DNA from: a virus
IMG/VR virus record: IMGVR_UViG_3300027793_000007
DNA length: 61,053 nt
Strand: one strand, 5' to 3'
Of this stretch, positions 33,719-41,717 are shown one piece after another. The first letter of the stretch is position 1, and every line of letters begins with the position of its first letter. The notes beneath the pieces are model-generated. The model worked only from the letters and a program-made list of their open reading frames with translations, was not told the DNA's origin and did no database searches. Position numbers and translations under genes: made by a program.

Positions 33719-33943
33719 ATGAAAGAATATTTAATACAGTCTAAGTATATAAGAACTGAATCCTATAAGGGTGAGGATAGATGGTACACAGTCATGACTA
33801 CTAGCGCACAAGACGATGATAGCTTTACTGGTGCTTACAGTAGATTACTAGCAGAGTTCTTGTCTACTAGAGACGAGTTTGTTCATGCTGAGTTTAGAGG
33901 CATTAGAAGAGAAACTATCACTACTGATACAGTCCTTGTCTAG
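33719..33943 (+). CDS. hypothetical small protein (74 aa)
   Basis: Track ORF trimmed to ATG 33719 (MKEYLIQSKY). Flanked by the duplicated gene start. Confidence 0.45.
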   Translation: MKEYLIQSKYIRTESYKGEDRWYTVMTTSAQDDDSFTGAYSRLLAEFLSTRDEFVHAEFRGIRRETITTDTVLV

Positions 33944-33996
33944 TATTGCCTACGGCAGAAGCGTACCCTAGATTTATCACGTTCAGAAAGTTCCAT
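33940..33996 (-). pseudogene. truncated duplicate of the 5' end of gene 33243..33707
   Basis: The reverse strand reads MELSERDKSRVRFCRRQY* versus MELSERDKSRTRF... for the intact gene. Confidence 0.6.
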
Positions 33997-34005
33997 GAGG
34001 TTATT

Positions 34006-34203
34006 ATGTCCTATCGTTTAGATGAATCAATATTTTATAGAAACCTACATGGAATATTTGACCATAGACGTGTAGGTAGAGTTAAAAGAGTTGTCTGGGT
34101 AGAGCCTGTTATTGATGGTGTTTGCACAGAACGTTATAAGCAAATTGATTTAGCGGCTACTCTGAAACTACATTCCCAAACACAAGAGAATTATCAGCTT
34201 TGA
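34006..34203 (+). CDS. hypothetical small protein (65 aa)
   Basis: Track ORF trimmed to the ATG after GAGG. Confidence 0.4.
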   Translation: MSYRLDESIFYRNLHGIFDHRRVGRVKRVVWVEPVIDGVCTERYKQIDLAATLKLHSQTQENYQL

Positions 34204-34594
34204 TAGCATCAATAGTAGCTTGGTTGAAGTTGACTTTAGCTAAGGTTAGTACTTCAACTAAGTGTTCAATACTTGTATACCCACCACTAGGGCGGTTGTT
34301 TACAATACCCTTAGCAATAGCACGCCCTATTCCTCTAACTAACTCAGCTAAGTCAGTTGCAGTTAAGGACTCATCATTAATGTTGACCTGTACTTGTGCA
34401 GGGCTACCAGCAATAGTGGGTGTAGGTGTGACTATGACGGGTGTGGTTGAGGTAAAGGTTTGGATGATATCACCTAAGCCTGATTCAAACCTATTACCAC
34501 TAGAGTCTTGTAGATACACGTAGGTGCTGAACTCATTGAGTAAGGTACATAGTCCTCTAGTGCGATGTTGTACGGTTGGTGGATTCATTGTCAT
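34157..34594 (-). CDS. virion-module protein with a ComEA-like helix-hairpin-helix motif, paralog A
   Basis: TATDLAELVRGIGRAIAKGIVNNRPSGGYTSIEHLVEV resembles the ComEA HhH (L..LPGIG...A..I...R...G.F.S.EDL). Confidence 0.5.
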   Translation of the reverse strand: MTMNPPTVQHRTRGLCTLLNEFSTYVYLQDSSGNRFESGLGDIIQTFTSTTPVIVTPTPTIAGSPAQVQVNINDESLTATDLAELVRGIGRAIAKGIVNNRPSGGYTSIEHLVEVLTLAKVNFNQATIDAIKADNSLVFGNVVSE

Positions 34595-34624
34595 TAATAG
34601 TAATTTGCTTATCTAATCTTACTC

Positions 34625-35062
34625 TTAATACAACTCTTCAACACCACCAAACACCACCAATTGCAGAGACTTGAAATGCTCTAAAGTTTTGTGGTCTAGG
34701 TGTACGCCATTAGTAGTGAGGATAGTAGTTAGATGTGGGTAGTCTAGATAGCCTTGATTGGGGCGATTCATGACTATCACTCTAGCTACATCCTCATCTA
34801 CTCCTAGAGCTTTAACTACATCCTCAGTAATGATGGATAGGTCATTGATATCTATAGGATATCTTTGTACGTCAGCTTTAAAGCATGACTCTAGGAAAGA
34901 TAGATTAGGCGATACTTCAGTAGCATTAACATCTATAGGTCTTGTGAACTCATGAGCTTGTGCTTGGAACTTCTTGCCATTAGCATCTACCAGTACGAAA
35001 TAGTCATAGAACTCTGACCAAATACTACATAGTCCTTTTGTTTTGTGGATAACTTTTTCCAT
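34625..35062 (-). CDS. paralog B of 34157..34594 (145 aa each)
   Basis: Shares TKGLCSIWSEF / TRGLCTLLNEF and the HhH-like C-terminus VVKALGVDEDVARVIVMNRPNQGYLDYPHL. Confidence 0.5.
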   Translation of the reverse strand: MEKVIHKTKGLCSIWSEFYDYFVLVDANGKKFQAQAHEFTRPIDVNATEVSPNLSFLESCFKADVQRYPIDINDLSIITEDVVKALGVDEDVARVIVMNRPNQGYLDYPHLTTILTTNGVHLDHKTLEHFKSLQLVVFGGVEELY

Positions 35063-35103
35063 ATCGGGATCGGGTCAATAATAGTGATGTTCTAATGATA
35101 CCC

Positions 35104-35123
35104 TACGCTACGCTATGGGGGAG
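35104..35123 (+). promoter_or_regulatory. phage promoter-like motif, copy 28
   Basis: tacgctacgctatgggggag, 15 nt upstream of ATG 35139. Confidence 0.6.
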
Positions 35124-35138
35124 ATTTAGGGTTAAGAG

Positions 35139-35372
35139 ATGAGTGAGACTAAAGTTTTTTTATACGTTGTTGAAGTTTGCTTTAAGGATGATAGATGGCT
35201 GCTAAGTGATTACAGTTTAAACACTCCAAGAATAGATAATATTCACGATGCTAGGCTGCTTCTTCAAAAGGCAAGGCGTGAGAATGAAAGTGCTGTTTGT
35301 CTTAATAGTCGGGCTGTTGCAAAATATCGAATTATGAAAGCTACAACTACATTTGAGGTACTAGACTTTTAA
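35139..35372 (+). CDS. hypothetical protein (77 aa)
   Basis: Track ORF. Confidence 0.55.
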   Translation: MSETKVFLYVVEVCFKDDRWLLSDYSLNTPRIDNIHDARLLLQKARRENESAVCLNSRAVAKYRIMKATTTFEVLDF

Positions 35373-35441
35373 AGTCTATACAGAGAAGCCCCATCCATAA
35401 TAGATAGGGCTTTCTGAAATCTTCTTGACCTAAGAGGCGAT

Positions 35442-36143
35442 CTAGATAATTTGACCACGGATGTAGGACAGTGCATCCACAGTAGGAGCTAACCAGTACT
35501 TGATTTGGATAGGGATGTCTACCCATTGTGGGAAGCCAAAACCTACAGGGATGTTAGCTACAGAGATACCACTACCAACTGATGTACCAGCAGTAACCGT
35601 AGAGTATAAGTTAACAGTACGGTCAGCATCAGTACCAGTGTAAGCACCTAAGCCAGTTACCGCCACTGCTTCATTAGCAAATGGGTTAATCACTTTACCT
35701 AGTACGCTGAAGTGGTCAGCAGCTAGGAAGTTGCCATTAGCTTGAACTTGTGCTGATAGACCGCCAAGTGAGTTAGCAACAGTACTAGCAACACCTTGTG
35801 CAGCCGTAGCCACCTTGAGTGTGTTAGTAGAAGTACCAGTCAGCACGTTGAATACAAAGGATTGTTGATTAGGGCTAAATGCACTACCAGGGAGCATCCA
35901 AGACACTTCAGTAACGTAAGCGTTAAGAGGGATGATTAAGTTAGGGGAGATTGTGAGGAGTTCAGAACCCGCTACTTGGTCAGTGCCTAGAGGGTTCGCG
36001 GGGATACGAGCAGTAATGACGGTCTGAGGTGTGGTGGTTACTCGGAATACTCCATCAATAGCGCCTATTACGCCACTGATAGGAGAGTTAACGAGGTTAC
36101 CAGCATTCTCAGAACCAATATAGTTTCCAAATGTTGCAGACAT
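35442..36143 (-). CDS. hypothetical structural protein (233 aa)
   Basis: Track ORF downstream of the capsid gene. Ala/Gly/Thr/Val-rich. Confidence 0.55.
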   Translation of the reverse strand: MSATFGNYIGSENAGNLVNSPISGVIGAIDGVFRVTTTPQTVITARIPANPLGTDQVAGSELLTISPNLIIPLNAYVTEVSWMLPGSAFSPNQQSFVFNVLTGTSTNTLKVATAAQGVASTVANSLGGLSAQVQANGNFLAADHFSVLGKVINPFANEAVAVTGLGAYTGTDADRTVNLYSTVTAGTSVGSGISVANIPVGFGFPQWVDIPIQIKYWLAPTVDALSYIRGQII

Positions 36144-36180
36144 AGTTCTTTAGGGTTAGGGAGGTGATGGGAAGGATGAG

Positions 36181-36474
36181 CTATAGTTTGCCCACAAGTT
36201 TGTTTTGAAGGAGATAACCTTCTAGTTGCCACAACTGGTTTTCAGCTTGTTCTCGCGCTACTTGTCTGCCAATCTCAATATTAAAGTTAGCAGGGTCAAC
36301 ACAAGCGCCTCTACCAAGCAGGGTAAAGCCTGAAGATAGTTTATAGGACACCACGACTTCTTTATCCCAAAACACTGCTTCTTGGGTTTCAGCAGTGTCA
36401 AGCAATTCCTTGATTTGGGTAAGAGTTACTCGGTTAGAGTTGTGACTAGAATAGTCAATATTGCAGTCTGGCAT
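36181..36474 (-). CDS. N4 gp49 / Sf6 gp66-family protein
   Basis: FTLLGRGACVDPANFNIEIGRQVAREQAENQLWQLEGYLL matches my recollection of that family's conserved core. Confidence 0.55.
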   Translation of the reverse strand: MPDCNIDYSSHNSNRVTLTQIKELLDTAETQEAVFWDKEVVVSYKLSSGFTLLGRGACVDPANFNIEIGRQVAREQAENQLWQLEGYLLQNKLVGKL

Positions 36475-36547
36475 AAGTGTTTAAGCAAAAATTATAGTCA
36501 AGAGTTTTAAGGTTCTCGCAAAACTAGAGAACCTTAATTAAGTGAGT

Positions 36548-37774
36548 TTAGAAGGGTTGGAAGGTACGCATAACAGTGATGTTATTAGAGTTGAGTAGTG
36601 AGTAACCACCGTACTCCTGCCAGATAGCCATTAGGAAGCGGTCATAGTCAGTGTTGTTGTTAAGCTTGACTCTTGGCCCTTCACCCCAGATAGCTTCACC
36701 AATGGCATTAGTACCAATGATGATTGCACATTCTGCTTGACGTACTACAGAAGTACCATCAGCATAACCTTGTGAGGCTAGACCAGAGGTAGTTAGGGTA
36801 ACTGGGATAGTAGGTAGGTTAGTTGCTTCAAACCAACGTACACCACCCATGATGAACCCTAGTGGCATAACCATAGAGTGCATGAATCCAGTTTGACCAT
36901 AGAAGCCACCACTCTTGACAAGGTCATTAGGTGACATTGTCCAGTCTTGTAGAGGCATCATCTGAGGTAGGGTTGCAGATTGTGCGCTCATGGGAAGCAT
37001 GGATACTGGAACACCTGGGTACTGTGTTACCTGTAAGAAGCGTGAGTCTTGTTGTAGTTGCAACATGAACCCGGGGCTAGCCAATCCATGATACACATCA
37101 CCGAAGTTAGATTGGAAAGGAGGGACTAAACGAGAGCGCATATCAGCGACTACCTTAAGTACATCTCTAGTGAAGTCTAGTCGAGGTGCACCTGTAGCTG
37201 TGTTATAAGTACCACCATTAACTATACCTGCGGGGTTATAGTATCCACCCACTAGGTTGTTAGCAACTTGTCCAGTGGTTGCTGTTGCGGGGTTAGCAGA
37301 TAGAGCTAGACCGATGTAGACGCTATCCTTCCAACGGCGATAGTCTTCAAATAGGGTTTCACTACCGATGGATTGATGGAACTGGTCAGCGCGGCTCATG
37401 TCATACAGGTTACGCTGCATGGTCATGAGGTCGAACATATTAATCTTTAACACCCCGGGTTCATTGGGGTTGGTGCTATTACCAGTGGATGGGCCAGTAA
37501 ACTCTTGAAGAGTAATGGTGACTGCTTCTTCTGGCAAGCCACGACCACCACCAGTACCGATGACTTGTGATTTATCGCGTGCACGGGCAGAGAGTGTGTA
37601 TGACCCTGGATCGTTCCAGAAGCCAAAGCGCTTCATACGTGCAGTAGAACCCGGTTGAGCAGCCCAGTCATGTACGATTTGGGGTTGTACAACATACCGA
37701 GCAATGTACTGCGGGCGGGGGCGATATAGCTCCACACCCATAATGATTTCTAACTGAGAACTAAATGTTGCCAT
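36548..37774 (-). CDS. major capsid protein (probable HK97 fold)
   Basis: 408 aa, in the portal-scaffold-capsid order. A stable hairpin lies just downstream (36509-36535). Confidence 0.6.
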   Translation of the reverse strand: MATFSSQLEIIMGVELYRPRPQYIARYVVQPQIVHDWAAQPGSTARMKRFGFWNDPGSYTLSARARDKSQVIGTGGGRGLPEEAVTITLQEFTGPSTGNSTNPNEPGVLKINMFDLMTMQRNLYDMSRADQFHQSIGSETLFEDYRRWKDSVYIGLALSANPATATTGQVANNLVGGYYNPAGIVNGGTYNTATGAPRLDFTRDVLKVVADMRSRLVPPFQSNFGDVYHGLASPGFMLQLQQDSRFLQVTQYPGVPVSMLPMSAQSATLPQMMPLQDWTMSPNDLVKSGGFYGQTGFMHSMVMPLGFIMGGVRWFEATNLPTIPVTLTTSGLASQGYADGTSVVRQAECAIIIGTNAIGEAIWGEGPRVKLNNNTDYDRFLMAIWQEYGGYSLLNSNNITVMRTFQPF

Positions 37775-37803
37775 TTCTTAGGAGTGGGTAAGGTGTAAGC
37801 GGA

Positions 37804-37823
37804 GTCCCTACGGTAAGGGATGA
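37804..37823 (+). promoter_or_regulatory. phage promoter-like motif, copy 29 (UACG variant)
   Basis: gtccctacggtaagggatga, 18 nt upstream of ATG 37842. Confidence 0.45.
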
Positions 37824-37841
37824 TGTTATGAGAAATGAGCT

Positions 37842-38126
37842 ATGTTCAATCATGCCGAAGCAATGATGATTATCGAAAGGCAAAAGGCTGAGATGGAAAG
37901 GCTAGGAGAAAACAACGAATATCTAAAGGCTCTTGTTAAAGATATGTCAGACAAGGTTGCCTTCACAGGACTAACCACTGAGGAACTACAAGGTATTCAT
38001 GGATTGATTCAAGGTCAGATTGCTTTAATATCTAGCCTTCAAACGTCTGATGATGTACTCAAGGTTCACTCAGCAGTAACGCCTTTAGCTCTCCTTGTCT
38101 CTCTAGTCTCTAAGCCAACTGACTAA
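37842..38126 (+). CDS. hypothetical coiled-coil protein (94 aa)
   Basis: Track ORF. Confidence 0.5.
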   Translation: MFNHAEAMMIIERQKAEMERLGENNEYLKALVKDMSDKVAFTGLTTEELQGIHGLIQGQIALISSLQTSDDVLKVHSAVTPLALLVSLVSKPTD

Positions 38127-39012
38127 CGAGCTGACCAAAGTGACCTGAATCAAGTTGGCGTAGTACATCAGTCATACGTCCACGACCACTACCTTGAGTA
38201 GCACCTTGACCCAAGCCCATATTCATTTGATTGAATGTGGGTCGTTGTGGTTCAGGAGCATACTCATAGCCTAAAGGTGCGGGAGGACGTTCTTGAACTT
38301 GTCCTTGTGGTTGATTAGAGCGTACTAGGTAGTCGTAGTATTGCTCAAAGGTTGCTTTAGGGTAAGCAGTGCGGAAGTTAATTACTTCAGGTAGTTGAGC
38401 AAGATGGAACTCTTGGTATTGGAGCCAATAACCAGTGTTTTCAGGGCTAGATAGAATCTGACCCATTTGAATAGCTTCCTTCTCAAGAGCTTGAGTATAG
38501 GCAACTACTTCACCTAATTGGTCTTCACGATGGATGAGTTGTTGATGGATGCGTGCAATGGCTAGCTCAGGCGATCCATTGCCAAAGCTATTGATTAGTT
38601 CGATTACCGAGGCGAGAGGATTACCCTGACTATCCTTTCCGCTTGGGGCGTTTAGGTCTAGCTTGGGGCTGTACTGTCTCGTTGGCGAGGTGACTTGGGG
38701 GGAGTACTGTGGTTGTACTGAAGTTGGGTTTGGTAAATAGCTGTTGGGAACCAAGCCGTTCAGGGTCAGGTAATCCGTAACTGGATTCGCTTGCTGAGTA
38801 GGAGCTACCACTGACTGAGGGGTTGTTTGTATCCAACCGCCCGTTGTCGGTGCGAATTGCTGAGGATGGGAGTACTGGGGGGTTAGCCCAGTCGAAGGGT
38901 AAGGGCTCACCAGTTGAGGTGCTGACTGCCACTGTGGGGCTACCGTTTGAGGAGCTACCTGTGGTGATGGGGCTTGTTGAACCTGATAGTTCTGAGGGAG
39001 TGCTTGTACCAT
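38110..39012 (-). CDS. putative scaffolding protein (Q/P-rich N-terminus, helical C-terminus)
   Basis: Lies between the portal and capsid genes. Its first 127 codons overlap the portal ORF in another frame. Confidence 0.4.
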   Translation of the reverse strand: MVQALPQNYQVQQAPSPQVAPQTVAPQWQSAPQLVSPYPSTGLTPQYSHPQQFAPTTGGWIQTTPQSVVAPTQQANPVTDYLTLNGLVPNSYLPNPTSVQPQYSPQVTSPTRQYSPKLDLNAPSGKDSQGNPLASVIELINSFGNGSPELAIARIHQQLIHREDQLGEVVAYTQALEKEAIQMGQILSSPENTGYWLQYQEFHLAQLPEVINFRTAYPKATFEQYYDYLVRSNQPQGQVQERPPAPLGYEYAPEPQRPTFNQMNMGLGQGATQGSGRGRMTDVLRQLDSGHFGQLVSQLA

Positions 39013-40735
39013 TAGTTAAGGGATTATCCTTGTTGTCAGCTTCATCATAGGATGCGCCGTAGGAGAACTCACGTTTCAGTACCGTGTACACTGAGTCCAT
39101 TAGATAAGTCATATCATAGCGCAAACTTAGAGCTTTACCCGGATTATATGGATCTTCTACCTGAGAAAGTTGCATATGTTGTTGTAAAAGATTATTGAAC
39201 AACCCTAAGTACTCACCTCCAATCCTAAAAGGAATGCCTGATAACTTAGCCTTCTTTTCTTTGAGGGATAGGTCAGGGAATACAGCATCAAGGGCTTCTA
39301 GACTTCCTACTCCTAGCTCTTGAAGGTTACGAGTATAGATAGTGCGGTCTAGTTTGTCTTGGGGTGAGTCCTCAAATACATCACCGTTATAGCGATAGTA
39401 GACATTGACTTCACCAAAGGGTTGTAGTCCTACGCTAATGGGTGCTTCGATACCGTCTTGCCAGATTAGTTGTTCAATCTGTTGTTGGGTAACTTGAGTG
39501 ATGTCAATCTTAGGGTCTTCCGATAGGAGCCACTGCTTGAATTGATCCATATATAGACGTTCTTCATGCATGATGCACAACTCAAGGACTCGGGATAGTC
39601 CATGTTGCCATAGGGTCAGGGACTTCATGTTGGCAGTAGCAGCCACTTTCCCATAGAGAGATTTGACCTCACCAAAGGTACTGAAAGACTGGTCATTCGG
39701 GTCAATGCCTCCTAAAGCTCCATGAAGCGCAGTGCGGTAAGTGTCAGCAAATCTAGCTTGGTCAGGAGATACGGGGTCAGGCACTACATAGCCAAATCTT
39801 TCATCAGCGTTTACATTTCCAATGACGGGAACAATCTTTTCGTGTTGACGCGCTGCCCATCCGCCATCATTACGTCTACCGCCAATACGCACAGAAGTTA
39901 GATCTTTGAAACCTTGTGAAGCAGCCCATGACTGAGTACCTATCTCAGTAGTCTTTTGCATCACTTCTTCACGGGAACGAGTAGTGATAAGGGTAGGATT
40001 GCCAAAGGTGAAGATATTTTGCATGATAGCGCCCCTTACCGTATCTTCGGCTTCTATCTGGTCACTAACCATAGCAAAGTCAGACCTACCACTATCCCCG
40101 GGGAAGTATGGGAGGTTGGGTGATTCTACACAAGGGATGTAGCCTAGTGTGTTGATGAAGGAGTTGACCTGAAGTGGGGGGGCGTAGTTAGAGCTAGTTG
40201 AGTAGATGTCTAGTGGTGGCTCGGCATTGAAGAACTCTTGGGTTACCGTGTCAGTCTTTACTCGTAGACGCACCCATCTCTCAGAACCTAGAGATGATTG
40301 AGCGTAGTACATTTGACTGGGTGAACGGTCATAGTACTTATATCTAATGATCACTTCTTGCATCTCCCTGCCATTGGGAGAGTAGAAGACCATGTATTGA
40401 GACTTAACATCATCTATTGAGTTATTCTCTTTACCGCTATGGAACCAATAGATTGAGTATCCGTCTAAGGTAGGTTGCATTAACCATAGAACACCACCAG
40501 TAGCTATGAAGAGTGAGGCGATCCCTTGGTAGTACATATCTAGCTTGTTAGCTTTGATAATCTTGTCTATGAATTTACGTCTTCGCTCATCAGGAGTATC
40601 TTGGTCTACAAGGAACTCTAAGCCCTGCCTAGTCATAAATAAGACAATCTGTTTGATATGGTTAGGTACTACCATACTTTCAGAGCCGCTATTCTTCCTG
40701 TCGATAAACGCCTGAACTACGCTACCTGTTTCCAT
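38630..40735 (-). CDS. putative portal protein (701 aa)
   Basis: Called from size and position next to the terminase and scaffold. The last ~130 aa are low-complexity S/T/P-rich. Confidence 0.6.
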   Translation of the reverse strand: METGSVVQAFIDRKNSGSESMVVPNHIKQIVLFMTRQGLEFLVDQDTPDERRRKFIDKIIKANKLDMYYQGIASLFIATGGVLWLMQPTLDGYSIYWFHSGKENNSIDDVKSQYMVFYSPNGREMQEVIIRYKYYDRSPSQMYYAQSSLGSERWVRLRVKTDTVTQEFFNAEPPLDIYSTSSNYAPPLQVNSFINTLGYIPCVESPNLPYFPGDSGRSDFAMVSDQIEAEDTVRGAIMQNIFTFGNPTLITTRSREEVMQKTTEIGTQSWAASQGFKDLTSVRIGGRRNDGGWAARQHEKIVPVIGNVNADERFGYVVPDPVSPDQARFADTYRTALHGALGGIDPNDQSFSTFGEVKSLYGKVAATANMKSLTLWQHGLSRVLELCIMHEERLYMDQFKQWLLSEDPKIDITQVTQQQIEQLIWQDGIEAPISVGLQPFGEVNVYYRYNGDVFEDSPQDKLDRTIYTRNLQELGVGSLEALDAVFPDLSLKEKKAKLSGIPFRIGGEYLGLFNNLLQQHMQLSQVEDPYNPGKALSLRYDMTYLMDSVYTVLKREFSYGASYDEADNKDNPLTNGTSTPSELSGSTSPITTGSSSNGSPTVAVSTSTGEPLPFDWANPPVLPSSAIRTDNGRLDTNNPSVSGSSYSASESSYGLPDPERLGSQQLFTKPNFSTTTVLPPSHLANETVQPQARPKRPKRKG

Positions 40736-40769
40736 GTATATCTCTATCTAATATTAGTTACTCTTACTA

Positions 40770-40789
40770 TACGCTACGCTAGGAGAAAG
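40770..40789 (+). promoter_or_regulatory. phage promoter-like motif, copy 30
   Basis: tacgctacgctaggagaaag, 14 nt upstream of ATG 40804. Confidence 0.55.
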
Positions 40790-40803
40790 AGTTAATAACA
40801 ACT

Positions 40804-41562
40804 ATGTATCAAAAGCCTTGGCTAATCCCTAACAACATTTATAGCAAAAGCCCTGACGTGTTTCTTCAGGCTCTTACTAATCCCACTCTAAGAGCTTCTA
40901 AACTAAAGAGACAATATCCAGTTGAGTACGCAGGGTATAACTTTGCTGATGCTGACAGTGCATTCTTTGGGTTAAGAGAGATGTTGCCTGAAACGTCTAA
41001 CCTAATGCTGTTGTCAGACATTAATGCTGCTAAGTTTATGCAACATCCTAGACTTATGGATGAGCTGTACAAAAGGGCTGGTCAAGGCGAAGTATCTAGT
41101 TATCTGAATACTTTAACTCATCGCACTGGCAAGGGTAGTCCTAAGTGGGAAGGCGATGGTCTACAGTCTAGAGCTATCCAAGCTTTGAATACTGGGTTTA
41201 AACAAGCTGCTCAAGTAGGTAAGTTAAGCATGGAGGATGAGATAGGTGATCTGCTATCCAGTGGATACAACCCTTTAACTTCTAACAGCCTAATTCGTTA
41301 TGCATCTCAACTGCGTAGACCTATAGATAGTATGGGTAGACGCATGGCTATAGACTTATCACAACCTCAAGTAGCACCTAACCCACAGCCTTCAATGAGT
41401 GCTATGGCAAGTGATGTACTAGAGCCATTAGGGGAGAGGCTACCACGGGGGATAAGCGATGACTTAGGGCAACAGTACTTAGCTATGCAAGAAACCATGA
41501 AAGCTAGACAGGCTCTACAGTCTCTAGCTGCCTTTGCTAATCAGTATGACATTCCCTACTAA
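40804..41562 (+). CDS. hypothetical protein; very weak NADAR (YbiA/DUF1768)-like pattern
   Basis: Track ORF. YPVEYAGYNFADADSAFFGL...AAKFMQHPRLMDELYKRAG...KWEGDG loosely recalls NADAR motifs. Confidence 0.5.
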   Translation: MYQKPWLIPNNIYSKSPDVFLQALTNPTLRASKLKRQYPVEYAGYNFADADSAFFGLREMLPETSNLMLLSDINAAKFMQHPRLMDELYKRAGQGEVSSYLNTLTHRTGKGSPKWEGDGLQSRAIQALNTGFKQAAQVGKLSMEDEIGDLLSSGYNPLTSNSLIRYASQLRRPIDSMGRRMAIDLSQPQVAPNPQPSMSAMASDVLEPLGERLPRGISDDLGQQYLAMQETMKARQALQSLAAFANQYDIPY

Positions 41563-41717
41563 GGCATGAGTAGCTAGGGCATATGGCTATAGACTTAGAA
41601 CCTTTGTATGGGTATGGATTAAACAATATGACTAGTGCATATTACCCATAGATTCTCCCCCTACAGTGTACCCTATCCTTAAGACGGCTGAGTTTGATGT
41701 TGAGTACGGTACTGAGC

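Noticed and set aside
36509-36535. 9-bp hairpin after the capsid gene as a rho-independent terminator
   Set aside because: There is no U run on the reverse (coding) strand after the stem. It may still be a stabiliser or a phage-RNAP pause site, but I cannot call it a canonical terminator.
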